A DNA stretch of 45,881 bases from Bacteroidia bacterium (GTDB taxonomy: Bacteria > Pseudomonadota > Gammaproteobacteria > Pseudomonadales > Halieaceae), in contig JBLFXU010000001.1 in NCBI GenBank assembly GCA_047609575.1, positions 1-45,881 of the forward strand. Reading direction: 5' to 3'. The notes under the pieces are model-generated. The model saw only the letters and a program-made list of their open reading frames with translations, was not told where the DNA came from and did not search any database. The position numbers were made by a program, and so were the translations under genes. Shown in pieces: positions 1 through 11,278 of the stretch. Position 1 is the stretch's first letter, and every line of letters starts with the position of its first letter.

Positions 1-52
1 AGCGTCGATGGTATCTTTCCACCTCGGTCATTCTCCCGATTTGAGCCCGCCA

Positions 53-1255
53 ATGGCACATCTATTCAATCGCAATGTGCTGCTCGGAGTGAGCGGTGGT
101 ATTGCAGCTTACAAGTCCGCAGAACTGGTGCGGCAGCTACAGGAGCTTGGCGCCAACGTTCGCGTCATCATGACCCGTGGCGCTCAGGAATTTATTACGC
201 CGCTCACGCTGCAAGCCTTATCCGGCCAGCCCGTCCACACCGAGTTGCTCGATGAAGACGCAGAAATGGGTATGGGCCATATAGAGCTGGCTCGCTGGGC
301 TGATTTGCTGCTGATTGCGCCCGTGACAGCCGATCTAATGGCCAGACTGGTAGCGGGGCGGGCCGACGATCTCCTGACGACTGTCACTCTGGCCACAGCC
401 GCACCGATACTGCTGGCACCGGCAATGAACCAGCAAATGTGGAAAGACCCTGCCACCGTCGCCAATGCGCAGACCCTGGGCCAGCGCGGGTTGCACATGG
501 TAGGCCCTGCGCTCGGTATACAGGCCTGTGGCGATACCGGAGCAGGGCGCATGGAAGAGCCCTCTGTCATCGCACAAACCGCCGCGGCCCTGTTCGACAA
601 TGGCTTGCTCGCTGGCAAGCGTGTGGTCATTACCGCAGGGCCAACGCGCGAAGCACTGGATCCTGTGCGCTATATCTCCAATAACAGCTCGGGGAAAATG
701 GGGTATGCATTGGCCAGGGCGGCCATGGAGGCGGGCGCGTTGACTAGTTTGATCAGCGGCCCTGTCAATTTGGACGCGTCAGAACACGTTACCGTAATCC
801 CGGTGGTGAGTGCGGCCCAGATGCTCAAGGCTTGCCAGGCATTAGTCGATGAATGCGATATTTTCATCGCCTGTGCTGCGGTCGCCGACTATCGCGCCGC
901 CGATGTTGCGACGCAAAAAATTAAGAAGAAAAGCGCTTCCATGCAAATAGAGCTTGTTCGCAATCCCGATATCCTGGCTACGATCGCGTCCAGCGAAAAG
1001 CGACCCTTCACCGTGGGCTTTGCCGCAGAAACGCACGATGTCATCGCCTATGCCAAGGATAAGCTCCTTCGCAAGGGCCTCGATATGATTGTCGCCAACG
1101 ATGTCTCCAATCCCGACATCGGGTTCAACAGCGAAAATAACGCCGTGACCGTGCTGTGGCCCGATGGCGAGGAGTCGTTGGAACTGGCGGGCAAAGACGC
1201 CATTGCCAGACAAATTATCGCTATTCTTGCCAATCACTTCCCTTCCGGGGATTGA
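53..1255 (+). CDS. coaBC: Bifunctional phosphopantothenoylcysteine decarboxylase/phosphopantothenate-cysteine ligase
   Basis: Motifs LLGVSGGIAAYKS, HIELARWAD, PAMNQQMW, ITAGPTREALDPVRYISNNSSGKMG and VGFAAET. Start placed at the in-frame ATG at 53 (MAHLFNRNVLL) rather than 8. Confidence 0.95.
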   Translation: MAHLFNRNVLLGVSGGIAAYKSAELVRQLQELGANVRVIMTRGAQEFITPLTLQALSGQPVHTELLDEDAEMGMGHIELARWADLLLIAPVTADLMARLVAGRADDLLTTVTLATAAPILLAPAMNQQMWKDPATVANAQTLGQRGLHMVGPALGIQACGDTGAGRMEEPSVIAQTAAALFDNGLLAGKRVVITAGPTREALDPVRYISNNSSGKMGYALARAAMEAGALTSLISGPVNLDASEHVTVIPVVSAAQMLKACQALVDECDIFIACAAVADYRAADVATQKIKKKSASMQIELVRNPDILATIASSEKRPFTVGFAAETHDVIAYAKDKLLRKGLDMIVANDVSNPDIGFNSENNAVTVLWPDGEESLELAGKDAIARQIIAILANHFPSGD

Positions 1256-1377
1256 CAGCCGCAGCCGCGCCGCAAGCACGCTTCCAATCGCAGGCACTAA
1301 TACACAGGTACAGCCCGTGTGAGCAGCCGGTACTATGTAATATCATGGGCGGCCGAATGTGTGGACCCACCTCGCGA

Positions 1378-3990
1378 ATGCTAAAACTGCGTAAAAAAAG
1401 TAACGACGAGGCCCCCGAAAAGGACAAGGCCGAAGAGCGCGGCCCGCAAGGGATCTCGGCGGAGGGCAATGCGCTAAAGAAAATCTGCATAGTTGCGCTG
1501 CTGGTCATTATGGTCCCGCTGCTCTTGGGCTTTACTTATCTGATTCTGCTGCGCGATCCGGGCCTGCAAACACAACAGCTCAATCGCATCGCTTCATCCT
1601 ATGCACTGCAACAGGCGACAAATATGCACCGCCTGTTTACCCGGCTTGAAGAGCGGGTGCAAAACGCGGCCCAGTCACCTCTTGCTTTGTCCGCCATCGC
1701 CAGCAAGGCCTCTGGCGACATCAACCTTGTAGAAAAAGCCCTGCTGGACTTTTTCCCGGAAGTCATCAGCCTGCGTTTCATTCCTATCGGTGATCTGGGC
1801 ACGGCTGATTTTTCAGGTGGCGGCAGCGGCTTACGCAATCATATCGAAATGGATCTGGTGCGGCTCGCCAGCGAGGGCGAGGAACCACAGCCTGAAGCCT
1901 ATCGGTTCGAAGACAGCTGGCTCACCTCATTGGCCTCCAAAGTCTCCCACCCGCGGCTGGCGGATCGCACTGCGGTGATTTTGGTTACCATCGACAACGA
2001 ACAAATCGCAACCCAACTCAAAGCGCTGGAAAAGGCCAGCGGTCGGTTTGCACTTGAACATGTCATGATGACCGCAGCAGACACCGAGCGCGTCAGTGTG
2101 ATTGCCTTCAGTGGCAGCGCCACCCCCGGCCCAGCCACGCGCTACGCGAATGTGCCTGGCACGCCGTGGCGGGTCTCTTTTACTCCCTCGCAAGAGCTGA
2201 TCGGCGCACTGTCCATCGACCAAATACCGATACTGGCTTTGCTGGTGCTACTCATTGTCGCTGCAATCGCCTCCATCGCTCTGATCCTGCGCCAGTTTCC
2301 AAAGGCCCTTGAGGAGCAGATCAATCTGGTTATCGCTGCCGCCGACAAAAAGACTTCCCTCTCCCTTGATATCCCGGAGCTGGTAACCCTTGCTAAACAG
2401 CTGCGCCGCGCAACGTTGAGAATCTTGCGTCAGGGTCATGCACCGGCTGCAGAAATCCCCACAGCCATGGTCGAAGACCTGTCCCTACAACCCCATGCGC
2501 AGTCCCAGGACATGGCTAACCCAATGTTCCAGTCAGGCAGCATATTGGACCAGGACGAAGAGCCTCTGGACCTGGATTTATCAGAAGAGAAGCAGAAGCC
2601 TGCGCCGGAACCCGAACAGCTGCTGCCAGAACACATTTTCCGCGCCTATGACATTCGCGGCAGCGCACAAACAGACCTAACCGATGAGGTCATCGGAAAA
2701 ATCGGTCAGGCGGTTGGTTCCATTGCGGGCGAGATGGGCGAGCAAGCGTTAATTGTTGCCTGCGATGGCCGATTGTCCAGCCCTCGCATCAAATCCTCCC
2801 TGGTCAGAGCCATCATGGAATCCGGTCGCGACGTGATAGACATCGGCGTAGTGCCTACACCCCTGATGTACTTTGCCACGCGGCACCTGGAGTGTCGTTC
2901 CGGCGTGATGATCACGGGCAGCCATAATCCCCCGGGAGACAATGGCCTCAAAATAGTCCTGCAGCAGCAAACAATCGCCTCCGGTGGTATACAGCAGGTT
3001 CGCGATCGCATTGTCACGGGGGATTTCACCTCGGGCATAGGGCGGATGACCCGCGAAGACGTGGTACCTGCTTATCTCGAGGAAGTTCTTCACGATATTG
3101 CCATCGCCGTGCCACTGAAAATCGTGGTTGATGCCGGCAATGGTGCGACCAGTGAGATTGCACCCCGCCTGTTCGAAGAATTGGGCTGTGAAGTGGAGCG
3201 GCTCTATTGCGAAATAGACGGAAATTTCCCGAACCACTCTCCGGACACAAGCAACGAGGATAATCTCGCAGACTTGTGCCGCGCCGTTCAGGAGCACAAT
3301 GCGGATTTTGGTGTGGCCTTTGACGGAGACGGTGATCGCCTGGCGGTGGTGACTGGCAAGGGTAATATTATTCGTTCTGATGTACTGCTCATGCTGTTTG
3401 CCCAGGACGTGGTATCGCGCAACCCTGGCGCCGACGTAGTGTTTGACGTCAAGTGCAGCCGTAACCTGTCAAAGCTGATTACCCGCCATGGCGGCCGACC
3501 TGTCCTATGGAAAACGGGTCACGCGTTCATGAAAGAAAAAATGCGCGAAACCGGCGCCCTGCTGGGGGGAGAGTTCTCAGGTCACATGTTCTTTGGCGAG
3601 CGCTGGTATGGCTTTGACGACGGCATGTATGCCGCAGCGCGGCTGGCAGAGATCCTCAGTACGCACGGCGAAACCCTCGATGACTGCATCGAGGAGTTCC
3701 CCACCTCGGTAAACACCCCTGAGATCATCATCCCCGTGCCTGATGATTACAAATTCGCATTGATTGACAAGATCGCCCGAACTGCCGACTTCACCTCAGG
3801 TAAGATTAACACCATGGACGGTGTGCGAGTCGATTTCAGCAACGGCTGGGGACTGATACGCGCTTCCAATACGGTCGCGGCGCTGACGGCCAGGTTTGAA
3901 GCGGATGATCAGGAGAACCTGGAGCTCATACAAGACGAATTCCGTGCCCAGATCGCTCTTGCCGACCCGGAAATTGAACTAAAATTTTGA
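1378..3990 (+). CDS. algC: Phosphomannomutase/phosphoglucomutase (AlgC type) with a long N-terminal membrane/periplasmic extension
   Basis: The C-terminal ~460 aa carry FRAYDIRG, ITGSHNP (phosphoserine), FDGDGDR (metal) and GEFSGH. The N-terminal part has two hydrophobic helices. Start inferred at ATG 1378 (MLKLRKK), since the ORF-track start at 1156 overlaps coaBC. Confidence 0.9.
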   Translation: MLKLRKKSNDEAPEKDKAEERGPQGISAEGNALKKICIVALLVIMVPLLLGFTYLILLRDPGLQTQQLNRIASSYALQQATNMHRLFTRLEERVQNAAQSPLALSAIASKASGDINLVEKALLDFFPEVISLRFIPIGDLGTADFSGGGSGLRNHIEMDLVRLASEGEEPQPEAYRFEDSWLTSLASKVSHPRLADRTAVILVTIDNEQIATQLKALEKASGRFALEHVMMTAADTERVSVIAFSGSATPGPATRYANVPGTPWRVSFTPSQELIGALSIDQIPILALLVLLIVAAIASIALILRQFPKALEEQINLVIAAADKKTSLSLDIPELVTLAKQLRRATLRILRQGHAPAAEIPTAMVEDLSLQPHAQSQDMANPMFQSGSILDQDEEPLDLDLSEEKQKPAPEPEQLLPEHIFRAYDIRGSAQTDLTDEVIGKIGQAVGSIAGEMGEQALIVACDGRLSSPRIKSSLVRAIMESGRDVIDIGVVPTPLMYFATRHLECRSGVMITGSHNPPGDNGLKIVLQQQTIASGGIQQVRDRIVTGDFTSGIGRMTREDVVPAYLEEVLHDIAIAVPLKIVVDAGNGATSEIAPRLFEELGCEVERLYCEIDGNFPNHSPDTSNEDNLADLCRAVQEHNADFGVAFDGDGDRLAVVTGKGNIIRSDVLLMLFAQDVVSRNPGADVVFDVKCSRNLSKLITRHGGRPVLWKTGHAFMKEKMRETGALLGGEFSGHMFFGERWYGFDDGMYAAARLAEILSTHGETLDDCIEEFPTSVNTPEIIIPVPDDYKFALIDKIARTADFTSGKINTMDGVRVDFSNGWGLIRASNTVAALTARFEADDQENLELIQDEFRAQIALADPEIELKF

Positions 3991-4025
3991 CCCCGCTCTC
4001 TAACAGCGGCACCCTAACGGGCTAA

Positions 4026-4949
<924 letters not shown>

Positions 4950-5073
4950 ATTATAGAAACGTCAAAGAACGTCAAAAAATAAAGAAAAAAAACGCCCTCA
5001 GTTGCGTTGCTTTTATTGCAGCTGTCCCGGGTAATCGCTACATTAGCTAAAACCCCTTTCGAAGTGGAAACCA

Positions 5074-5709
5074 ATGCCTCCCAGGAAGTCTCAAAGGCGC
5101 CAACAGATTCTTGAAGCGCTCGCCCAGATGCTTGAGGACAGCCCCGGCACTCGTATAACAACCGCTGGGCTTGCTAGACAGGTTGGCGTATCCGAGGCAG
5201 CTCTCTATCGCCACTTCCCCAGTAAATCGAAAATGTTTGAAGGGCTCATTGAGTTTATCGAAGAAACCTTGTTCAGCCGCATCAGCATTATTCTCCAGGA
5301 AGAACCGGGTGCGGCCACGCGCTGCGAAAAAATGATCATGCTGCTACTGGCATTCGCGGAGCGCAACCCAGGCATTACCCGAATCCTCACAGGTGATGCA
5401 ATTGCGGGTGAAACAGAACGCCTGCACCAGCGGGTAGCACAACTGTTCGATCGTTTCGAGACACAGCTCAAGCAGGTATTGCGAGAAGCCGAAATGCGCG
5501 AGGGGCTGCGCCCCAGCATCCCCTTGCAGGCCGCTGCCAATTTGCTAATGGCGACCGCAGAAGGCCGTATATCCCAATATGTCCGCAGTGGTTTCCAACG
5601 GCCGCCCACGGCCGACTGGCCCAAGCAATGGGAGCAACTGATGAGCGGCTTTTTTAAAGAGGCCATTAGCCAGCCTGTTGGCAATCAGGCCAGGGGCTTC
5701 GTGGGTTGA
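5074..5709 (+). CDS. slmA: Nucleoid occlusion factor SlmA (TetR family)
   Basis: [44 protein letters not shown] and [12 protein letters not shown] match SlmA. Confidence 0.93.
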   Translation: MPPRKSQRRQQILEALAQMLEDSPGTRITTAGLARQVGVSEAALYRHFPSKSKMFEGLIEFIEETLFSRISIILQEEPGAATRCEKMIMLLLAFAERNPGITRILTGDAIAGETERLHQRVAQLFDRFETQLKQVLREAEMREGLRPSIPLQAAANLLMATAEGRISQYVRSGFQRPPTADWPKQWEQLMSGFFKEAISQPVGNQARGFVG

Positions 5710-5744
5710 TCCGGCCAGGGCGCGGGGCTGACGGCCTGAGTAGG

Positions 5745-6392
5745 CTAGGGTTTACGCGTATTGCGTGAGCGCAACGTGCGGCGCATTTCTACAACGTCCT
5801 GCAACATACCAAAACGATCAATATCTGCCTGAAAATCAGCCTCCAGATGCGCAATTTCACGCTCTCTGTCAATAACAGCCCGGTCCGTCGCGGCAATTTC
5901 GCTCTGCATTTGCTCGATACCGCGCAGGCGCTCAACGTTGACGGTCATCCCGGCACGCTCCATATTTGCCGCTTGCGCCTGCAAGTTCTCTACCTTCTGC
6001 TTCAGTGAACGACGGTTGCCCTTCAGAATGCTCACCCGGATCTGCAGGTCGCCCAATGCCCGATTCCGTGCTGCCTCAATATCCATTACTGTGCTGTAGC
6101 GCAGCAACAGGCTCTCATCCCACTTACGCAGTCTTTCCTGTTCAGCCAATGCAGCAGCATCTAGCTTGCTCTGCACATCATTGGCTTCCTTTTCTTCCTC
6201 GGTTGGCTCTCGCGGCACAACACGAATCACCATGCCTTCGTCATTGAGTATTTCATAACCGCCTTTTATTGCTTCAATAGGCACTTGGTAATCCACCACA
6301 ACATTGCCCTGGGCATTGCGGTAGCGGTAGAGCCTGTCGGCAGCCAGCGTACTGGTGGTTATGAGCAGTAATAGCAGACCCGTTGCAATCAT
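5745..6392 (-). CDS. Exported hypothetical protein with a DUF4124-like N-terminus and long coiled coil
   Basis: Signal-like MIATGLLLLLITTSTLAA, then LYRYRNAQGNVV (DUF4124-like), then heptad-rich E/Q/R/L helices. Start moved to ATG 6392 to avoid overlapping pyrE. Confidence 0.75.
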   Translation of the reverse strand: MIATGLLLLLITTSTLAADRLYRYRNAQGNVVVDYQVPIEAIKGGYEILNDEGMVIRVVPREPTEEEKEANDVQSKLDAAALAEQERLRKWDESLLLRYSTVMDIEAARNRALGDLQIRVSILKGNRRSLKQKVENLQAQAANMERAGMTVNVERLRGIEQMQSEIAATDRAVIDREREIAHLEADFQADIDRFGMLQDVVEMRRTLRSRNTRKP

Positions 6393-6456
6393 TCGAGCAA
6401 CACGGGTTGAGGCGCTTAAGGGCTGCACAAGGCAGATGCCGGCACTATTAGCCAAA

Positions 6457-7101
6457 TCAGACTCCGTACTGCGCCCGATAGGCACGCAGAGCCTCCAGAG
6501 CGCCAACCGGCGCATCATCCGCCGCCTGGAGATAATCGATAAGGTGTTCCATGTTAATAATGCTCAATACCGGTACGCCGTATTTTTGTTCGACCTCCTG
6601 GATCGCAGAAAGCTCCCCCGCGCCGCGCTCGCACCGGTCTAGCCCAATAGCCACACCGGCCAGCACAGCACCCGCAGCCTTTATCATGGCAATCACCTCA
6701 CGCACGGCTGTACCTGCGGTAATGACATCGTCGATGATCAGCACGCGGCCCTCAAGGGGCGCACCTACAAGAACACCACCCTCACCGTGATTCTTGGCTT
6801 CCTTGCGATTATACGCAAAAGGCACATCAAGGCCGTGGTGTTCCGACAACGCTACTACCGTCGCCGATGCCAGCGGTATGCCCTTATAGGCCGGCCCCAG
6901 CAGAACATCAAACTCTACTCCCGACTCAACAATACGCTGCGCGTAGCAACGGCCCAGAGCGGCCAGGGCCTGGCCACTGGAAAATTCGCCAGCATTGAAA
7001 AAGTAGGGGCTGTTACGGCCTGACTTGAGGGTAAATTCACCGAAGCGCAGCACATTATAAGTGCGCGCTAGCGCAATGAATTCAGTTTGGTAGCGTTCCA
7101 C
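6457..7101 (-). CDS. pyrE: Orotate phosphoribosyltransferase
   Basis: [38 protein letters not shown] and PRPP motif [15 protein letters not shown] start inferred at 7101. Confidence 0.96.
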   Translation of the reverse strand: MERYQTEFIALARTYNVLRFGEFTLKSGRNSPYFFNAGEFSSGQALAALGRCYAQRIVESGVEFDVLLGPAYKGIPLASATVVALSEHHGLDVPFAYNRKEAKNHGEGGVLVGAPLEGRVLIIDDVITAGTAVREVIAMIKAAGAVLAGVAIGLDRCERGAGELSAIQEVEQKYGVPVLSIINMEHLIDYLQAADDAPVGALEALRAYRAQYGV

Positions 7102-7301
7102 GTTGCTATCATGCTCCCAATGGAGGCATTGTAATTGGCCATCCAAGCTTTAGAATACGCAATTCTGATAAAGGGTACGATCCGCACTCTGGAATCGACC
7201 CCGGACCTCAACTGTCATCATAATCAGCGGCAGCGCGGCCTGGGAAGCACCAAAATTGACACTAATAAATAACAAATACTTGCGGCAACTCAGGTGTTAT
7301 A

Positions 7302-7329
7302 TTGCCGCCGCCGCGGGCCTGGGCATAAT
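7302..7329 (+). promoter_or_regulatory. Candidate sigma70 promoter for the crc-like gene
   Basis: TTGCCG (7302-7307), 16-nt spacer, CATAAT (7324-7329), about 27 nt before the ATG. Pattern match only. Confidence 0.3.
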
Positions 7330-7356
7330 ACACGCTCTCATACCAAGGGGCTATGA

Positions 7357-8121
7357 ATGAGGATTATCAGTTTCAGTGCTGACGGCATTAAGAACGCCGC
7401 AGAAAAGGGATTTTACGACTGGCTGAAAGAGCAGGATGCAGATTTTGTCTGTATCCAGGATCTACAGTGCTCGGAATACGACCTACAGGACAATCTGTTT
7501 TTCCCTGAGGAGTACAACGCCTACTTTTTTGATGACATCAATGGCAAGGCCAACGGTGTGGCGATCTACTGCCGACAGCTGCCCAAGGCCATCATGACGG
7601 GTCTGGGTTTTGCTGACTTCGACATGGAAGGGCGTTATATCCAGGCAGACTACGAGAATCTGAGCGTCGCCTGTTTGCTCGCGCCGTCAGTGTCAGACAA
7701 CGACGCAGCGCAACAAGCGCGCAAGAACGATTTCTATTCGCTTATGGGTCCGCATTTACAGAAGATTCGGAATAAGCGTCGCGAGTTTATCATTGCCGGC
7801 AACTGGCAACTGGTTCATACGCCCGGTGATGTTCAGGATACCGAGCGCAACAGCACCCAGTCAGGCTTTCTGGCAGAAGAGCGACAATGGCTCAATGAGG
7901 TACTGGATTCAGGCTACGTGGATGCGTTTCGTGAAGTAAATTCAGATCAGGATGAGTTCAGCTGGTGGCCAGATGGCGATCGCAGTGAGAACGGCTGGCG
8001 TACGGACTTCCACCTTGTCTCCCAGGGCCTACAATACAACGTGGACTACGGCGCCCTCTATAAGACGCGCAATTTCTCCAGCCACGCTCCAGTCATCATG
8101 GATTACGACATCGAGCTATAA
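7357..8121 (+). CDS. crc: Crc-like catabolite repression control protein (ExoIII/AP endonuclease fold, degenerate active site)
   Basis: MRIIS start, PKAIMTGLGF, GRYIQAD, KIRNKRRE, FSWWP and FSSHAP resemble Pseudomonas Crc as I recall it. Sits between pyrE and rph as crc does; Xth catalytic residues are substituted. Confidence 0.8.
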   Translation: MRIISFSADGIKNAAEKGFYDWLKEQDADFVCIQDLQCSEYDLQDNLFFPEEYNAYFFDDINGKANGVAIYCRQLPKAIMTGLGFADFDMEGRYIQADYENLSVACLLAPSVSDNDAAQQARKNDFYSLMGPHLQKIRNKRREFIIAGNWQLVHTPGDVQDTERNSTQSGFLAEERQWLNEVLDSGYVDAFREVNSDQDEFSWWPDGDRSENGWRTDFHLVSQGLQYNVDYGALYKTRNFSSHAPVIMDYDIEL

Positions 8122-8146
8122 CAGGCCCAATGCCGCATAAATTGTA

Positions 8147-8866
8147 TCAGGAGGCCAAAGCCTCCTTCTGCAACGCAACCAACTGATCGATTCCCTGCGC
8201 CGCTAAATCCAGCATGCCATTGAGCTCTTCCCGAGCAAAGGGAGCGCCTTCTGCAGTGCCCTGCACCTCAATAAAGCCGCCAGTCTCTCCCATCACGACG
8301 TTCATATCGGTATCAGCTGAGGAATCTTCCGGGTAATCCAGATCCAACACCGGCTCGCCCTGATACACCCCCACTGATACGGAAGCGATCATCTGCAGTA
8401 AAGGGTCTTCTACAATCCGCTTTTCACGCTGGAGATAATTAATGGCATCGACCAGCGCAACACAGGCGCCAGTAATTGAAGCTGTTCTGGTTCCGCCATC
8501 AGCCTGAATTACATCGCAGTCAATGTTAATGGTGTTCTCGCCCAGTTTGCCAAGATCAATAGCAGCGCGCAGTGAGCGGCCAATCAGGCGCTGTATCTCC
8601 ACAGTGCGACCACCTTGTTTGCCCCTTGCCGCCTCCCGGCCCATGCGGGTGCCGGTAGAGCGGGGCAGCATGCCGTACTCAGCGGTGACCCAACCGCGCC
8701 CCTCACCACGCATGAAGCGCGGCACACCCTTTTCCACAGACGCGGTACAAATCACTTTGGTATCGCCGAAGGCCACCAGCACCGAGCCCTCTGCATGCCG
8801 GGTGAAGTTTCTAGTGATTGAAATATCGCGTAATTGTTCGGGCGAACGGCCGCTTGGTCGCTGCAT
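8147..8866 (-). CDS. rph: Ribonuclease PH
   Basis: [45 protein letters not shown]. Start at ATG 8866. Confidence 0.97.
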   Translation of the reverse strand: MQRPSGRSPEQLRDISITRNFTRHAEGSVLVAFGDTKVICTASVEKGVPRFMRGEGRGWVTAEYGMLPRSTGTRMGREAARGKQGGRTVEIQRLIGRSLRAAIDLGKLGENTINIDCDVIQADGGTRTASITGACVALVDAINYLQREKRIVEDPLLQMIASVSVGVYQGEPVLDLDYPEDSSADTDMNVVMGETGGFIEVQGTAEGAPFAREELNGMLDLAAQGIDQLVALQKEALAS

Positions 8867-8988
8867 GAGTGTACTCCGGTTGAGGAAAAAACTGGCGCAA
8901 GTATACGTGAGCAGCATGTCCCTGTATGCGTTTGGGACAAGCTGCTACACTCGTTGGCCACCATGCAGGATAGGCCCTTCTACTCATT

Positions 8989-10508
<1,520 letters not shown>

Positions 10509-10559
10509 TACCTACTGGCTTTATACCCACTGGCCCGATCACCAAAACCTCTTCAACTA

Positions 10560-10760
10560 GGTAGTGGCTCAGTTTGAAATCATGTGCCGTTACGCAGTAG
10601 CACGAGAGCTAGCCTGTCACCGGGCGCGTCTGGCGACAGGAGAGCCTACCCCGCTTTATCGGGTATGCACGCTTTTGGTGCGACAGGCGTCCCCGGTGAC
10701 AGGCTAGCTCCGTGACCCCTGACCCATGACCCATGAACACTTTCAAACTGAGCCACTGCC
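10560..10760. repeat. Nested inverted-repeat element (MITE/REPIN-like)
   Basis: Outer IR GGTAGTGGCTCAGTTTGAAA (10560-10579) / TTTCAAACTGAGCCACTGCC (10741-10760), 19/20 match. Inner IR CACGAGAGCTAGCCTGTCACCGGG (10601-10624) / CCCGGTGACAGGCTAGCTCCGTG (10692-10714). The repeats are certain; mobile identity is inferred. Confidence 0.8.
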
Positions 10761-10800
10761 AACAACAATTACCGCTGGACTCCAACCCCCCGTATTACGC

Positions 10801-10806
10801 TATAAT
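10801..10806 (+). promoter_or_regulatory. Candidate -10 element for rpoZ-spoT
   Basis: Perfect TATAAT 115 nt upstream of the rpoZ ATG; no convincing -35 at canonical spacing. Confidence 0.35.
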
Positions 10807-10920
10807 TGAGGGTTCGTTCCGGGCACAAATCAGTACCCGACCAATCTCTGAGAAGCAGCTTTGAGAAACCGTGCCACACACCTGTTCATTGCAGGGGCAC
10901 ACGCAGGAGTAAATGCAACA

Positions 10921-11226
10921 ATGGCACGTGTAACCGTCGAAGATTGTCTCGAAAACGTCACCAACCGTTTTGAACTGGTCATGGTAGCCAGCAAGCGCTC
11001 CCGTCAATTGGCCACTGGTGGCAGAGACCCGCTGGTACAAGAAGAATCTGATAAGCCCACCGTAATCGCACTGCGCGAAATCGCTGAAGGCCTCATCACC
11101 CACGATATTCTCACACGTGAGGATGAACTGGAGGCGCAAGAGGAGCTGGCTGAAGTAATGGACAGTGCTGAGGGCATCATGATCGAGCCCTTCGCTGGTA
11201 ATCCTATATCGGGTCAGCCTCTCTAA
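10921..11226 (+). CDS. rpoZ: RNA polymerase omega subunit
   Basis: [30 protein letters not shown]...[14 protein letters not shown]; AGGAG RBS upstream of ATG 10921. Confidence 0.97.
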   Translation: MARVTVEDCLENVTNRFELVMVASKRSRQLATGGRDPLVQEESDKPTVIALREIAEGLITHDILTREDELEAQEELAEVMDSAEGIMIEPFAGNPISGQPL

Positions 11227-11278
11227 CGCTAAATTAAGGCTTAGTTCTACCTACCGGGGCATTTATGGCGCAAGATCG

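Noticed and set aside
1156-1377. Extended N-termini given by the ORF track (algC here; likewise pyrE, rph, rpoZ, recG, the rubredoxin fusion, ubiC, DUF938, atpI)
   Set aside because: Longest-ORF artefacts that overlap neighbours or promoters; family homology starts at downstream start codons.
10560-10760. CRISPR array or tRNA reading of the repeats
   Set aside because: The repeats are inverted, not direct repeats with spacers; no cas genes; no cloverleaf or T-loop signature.
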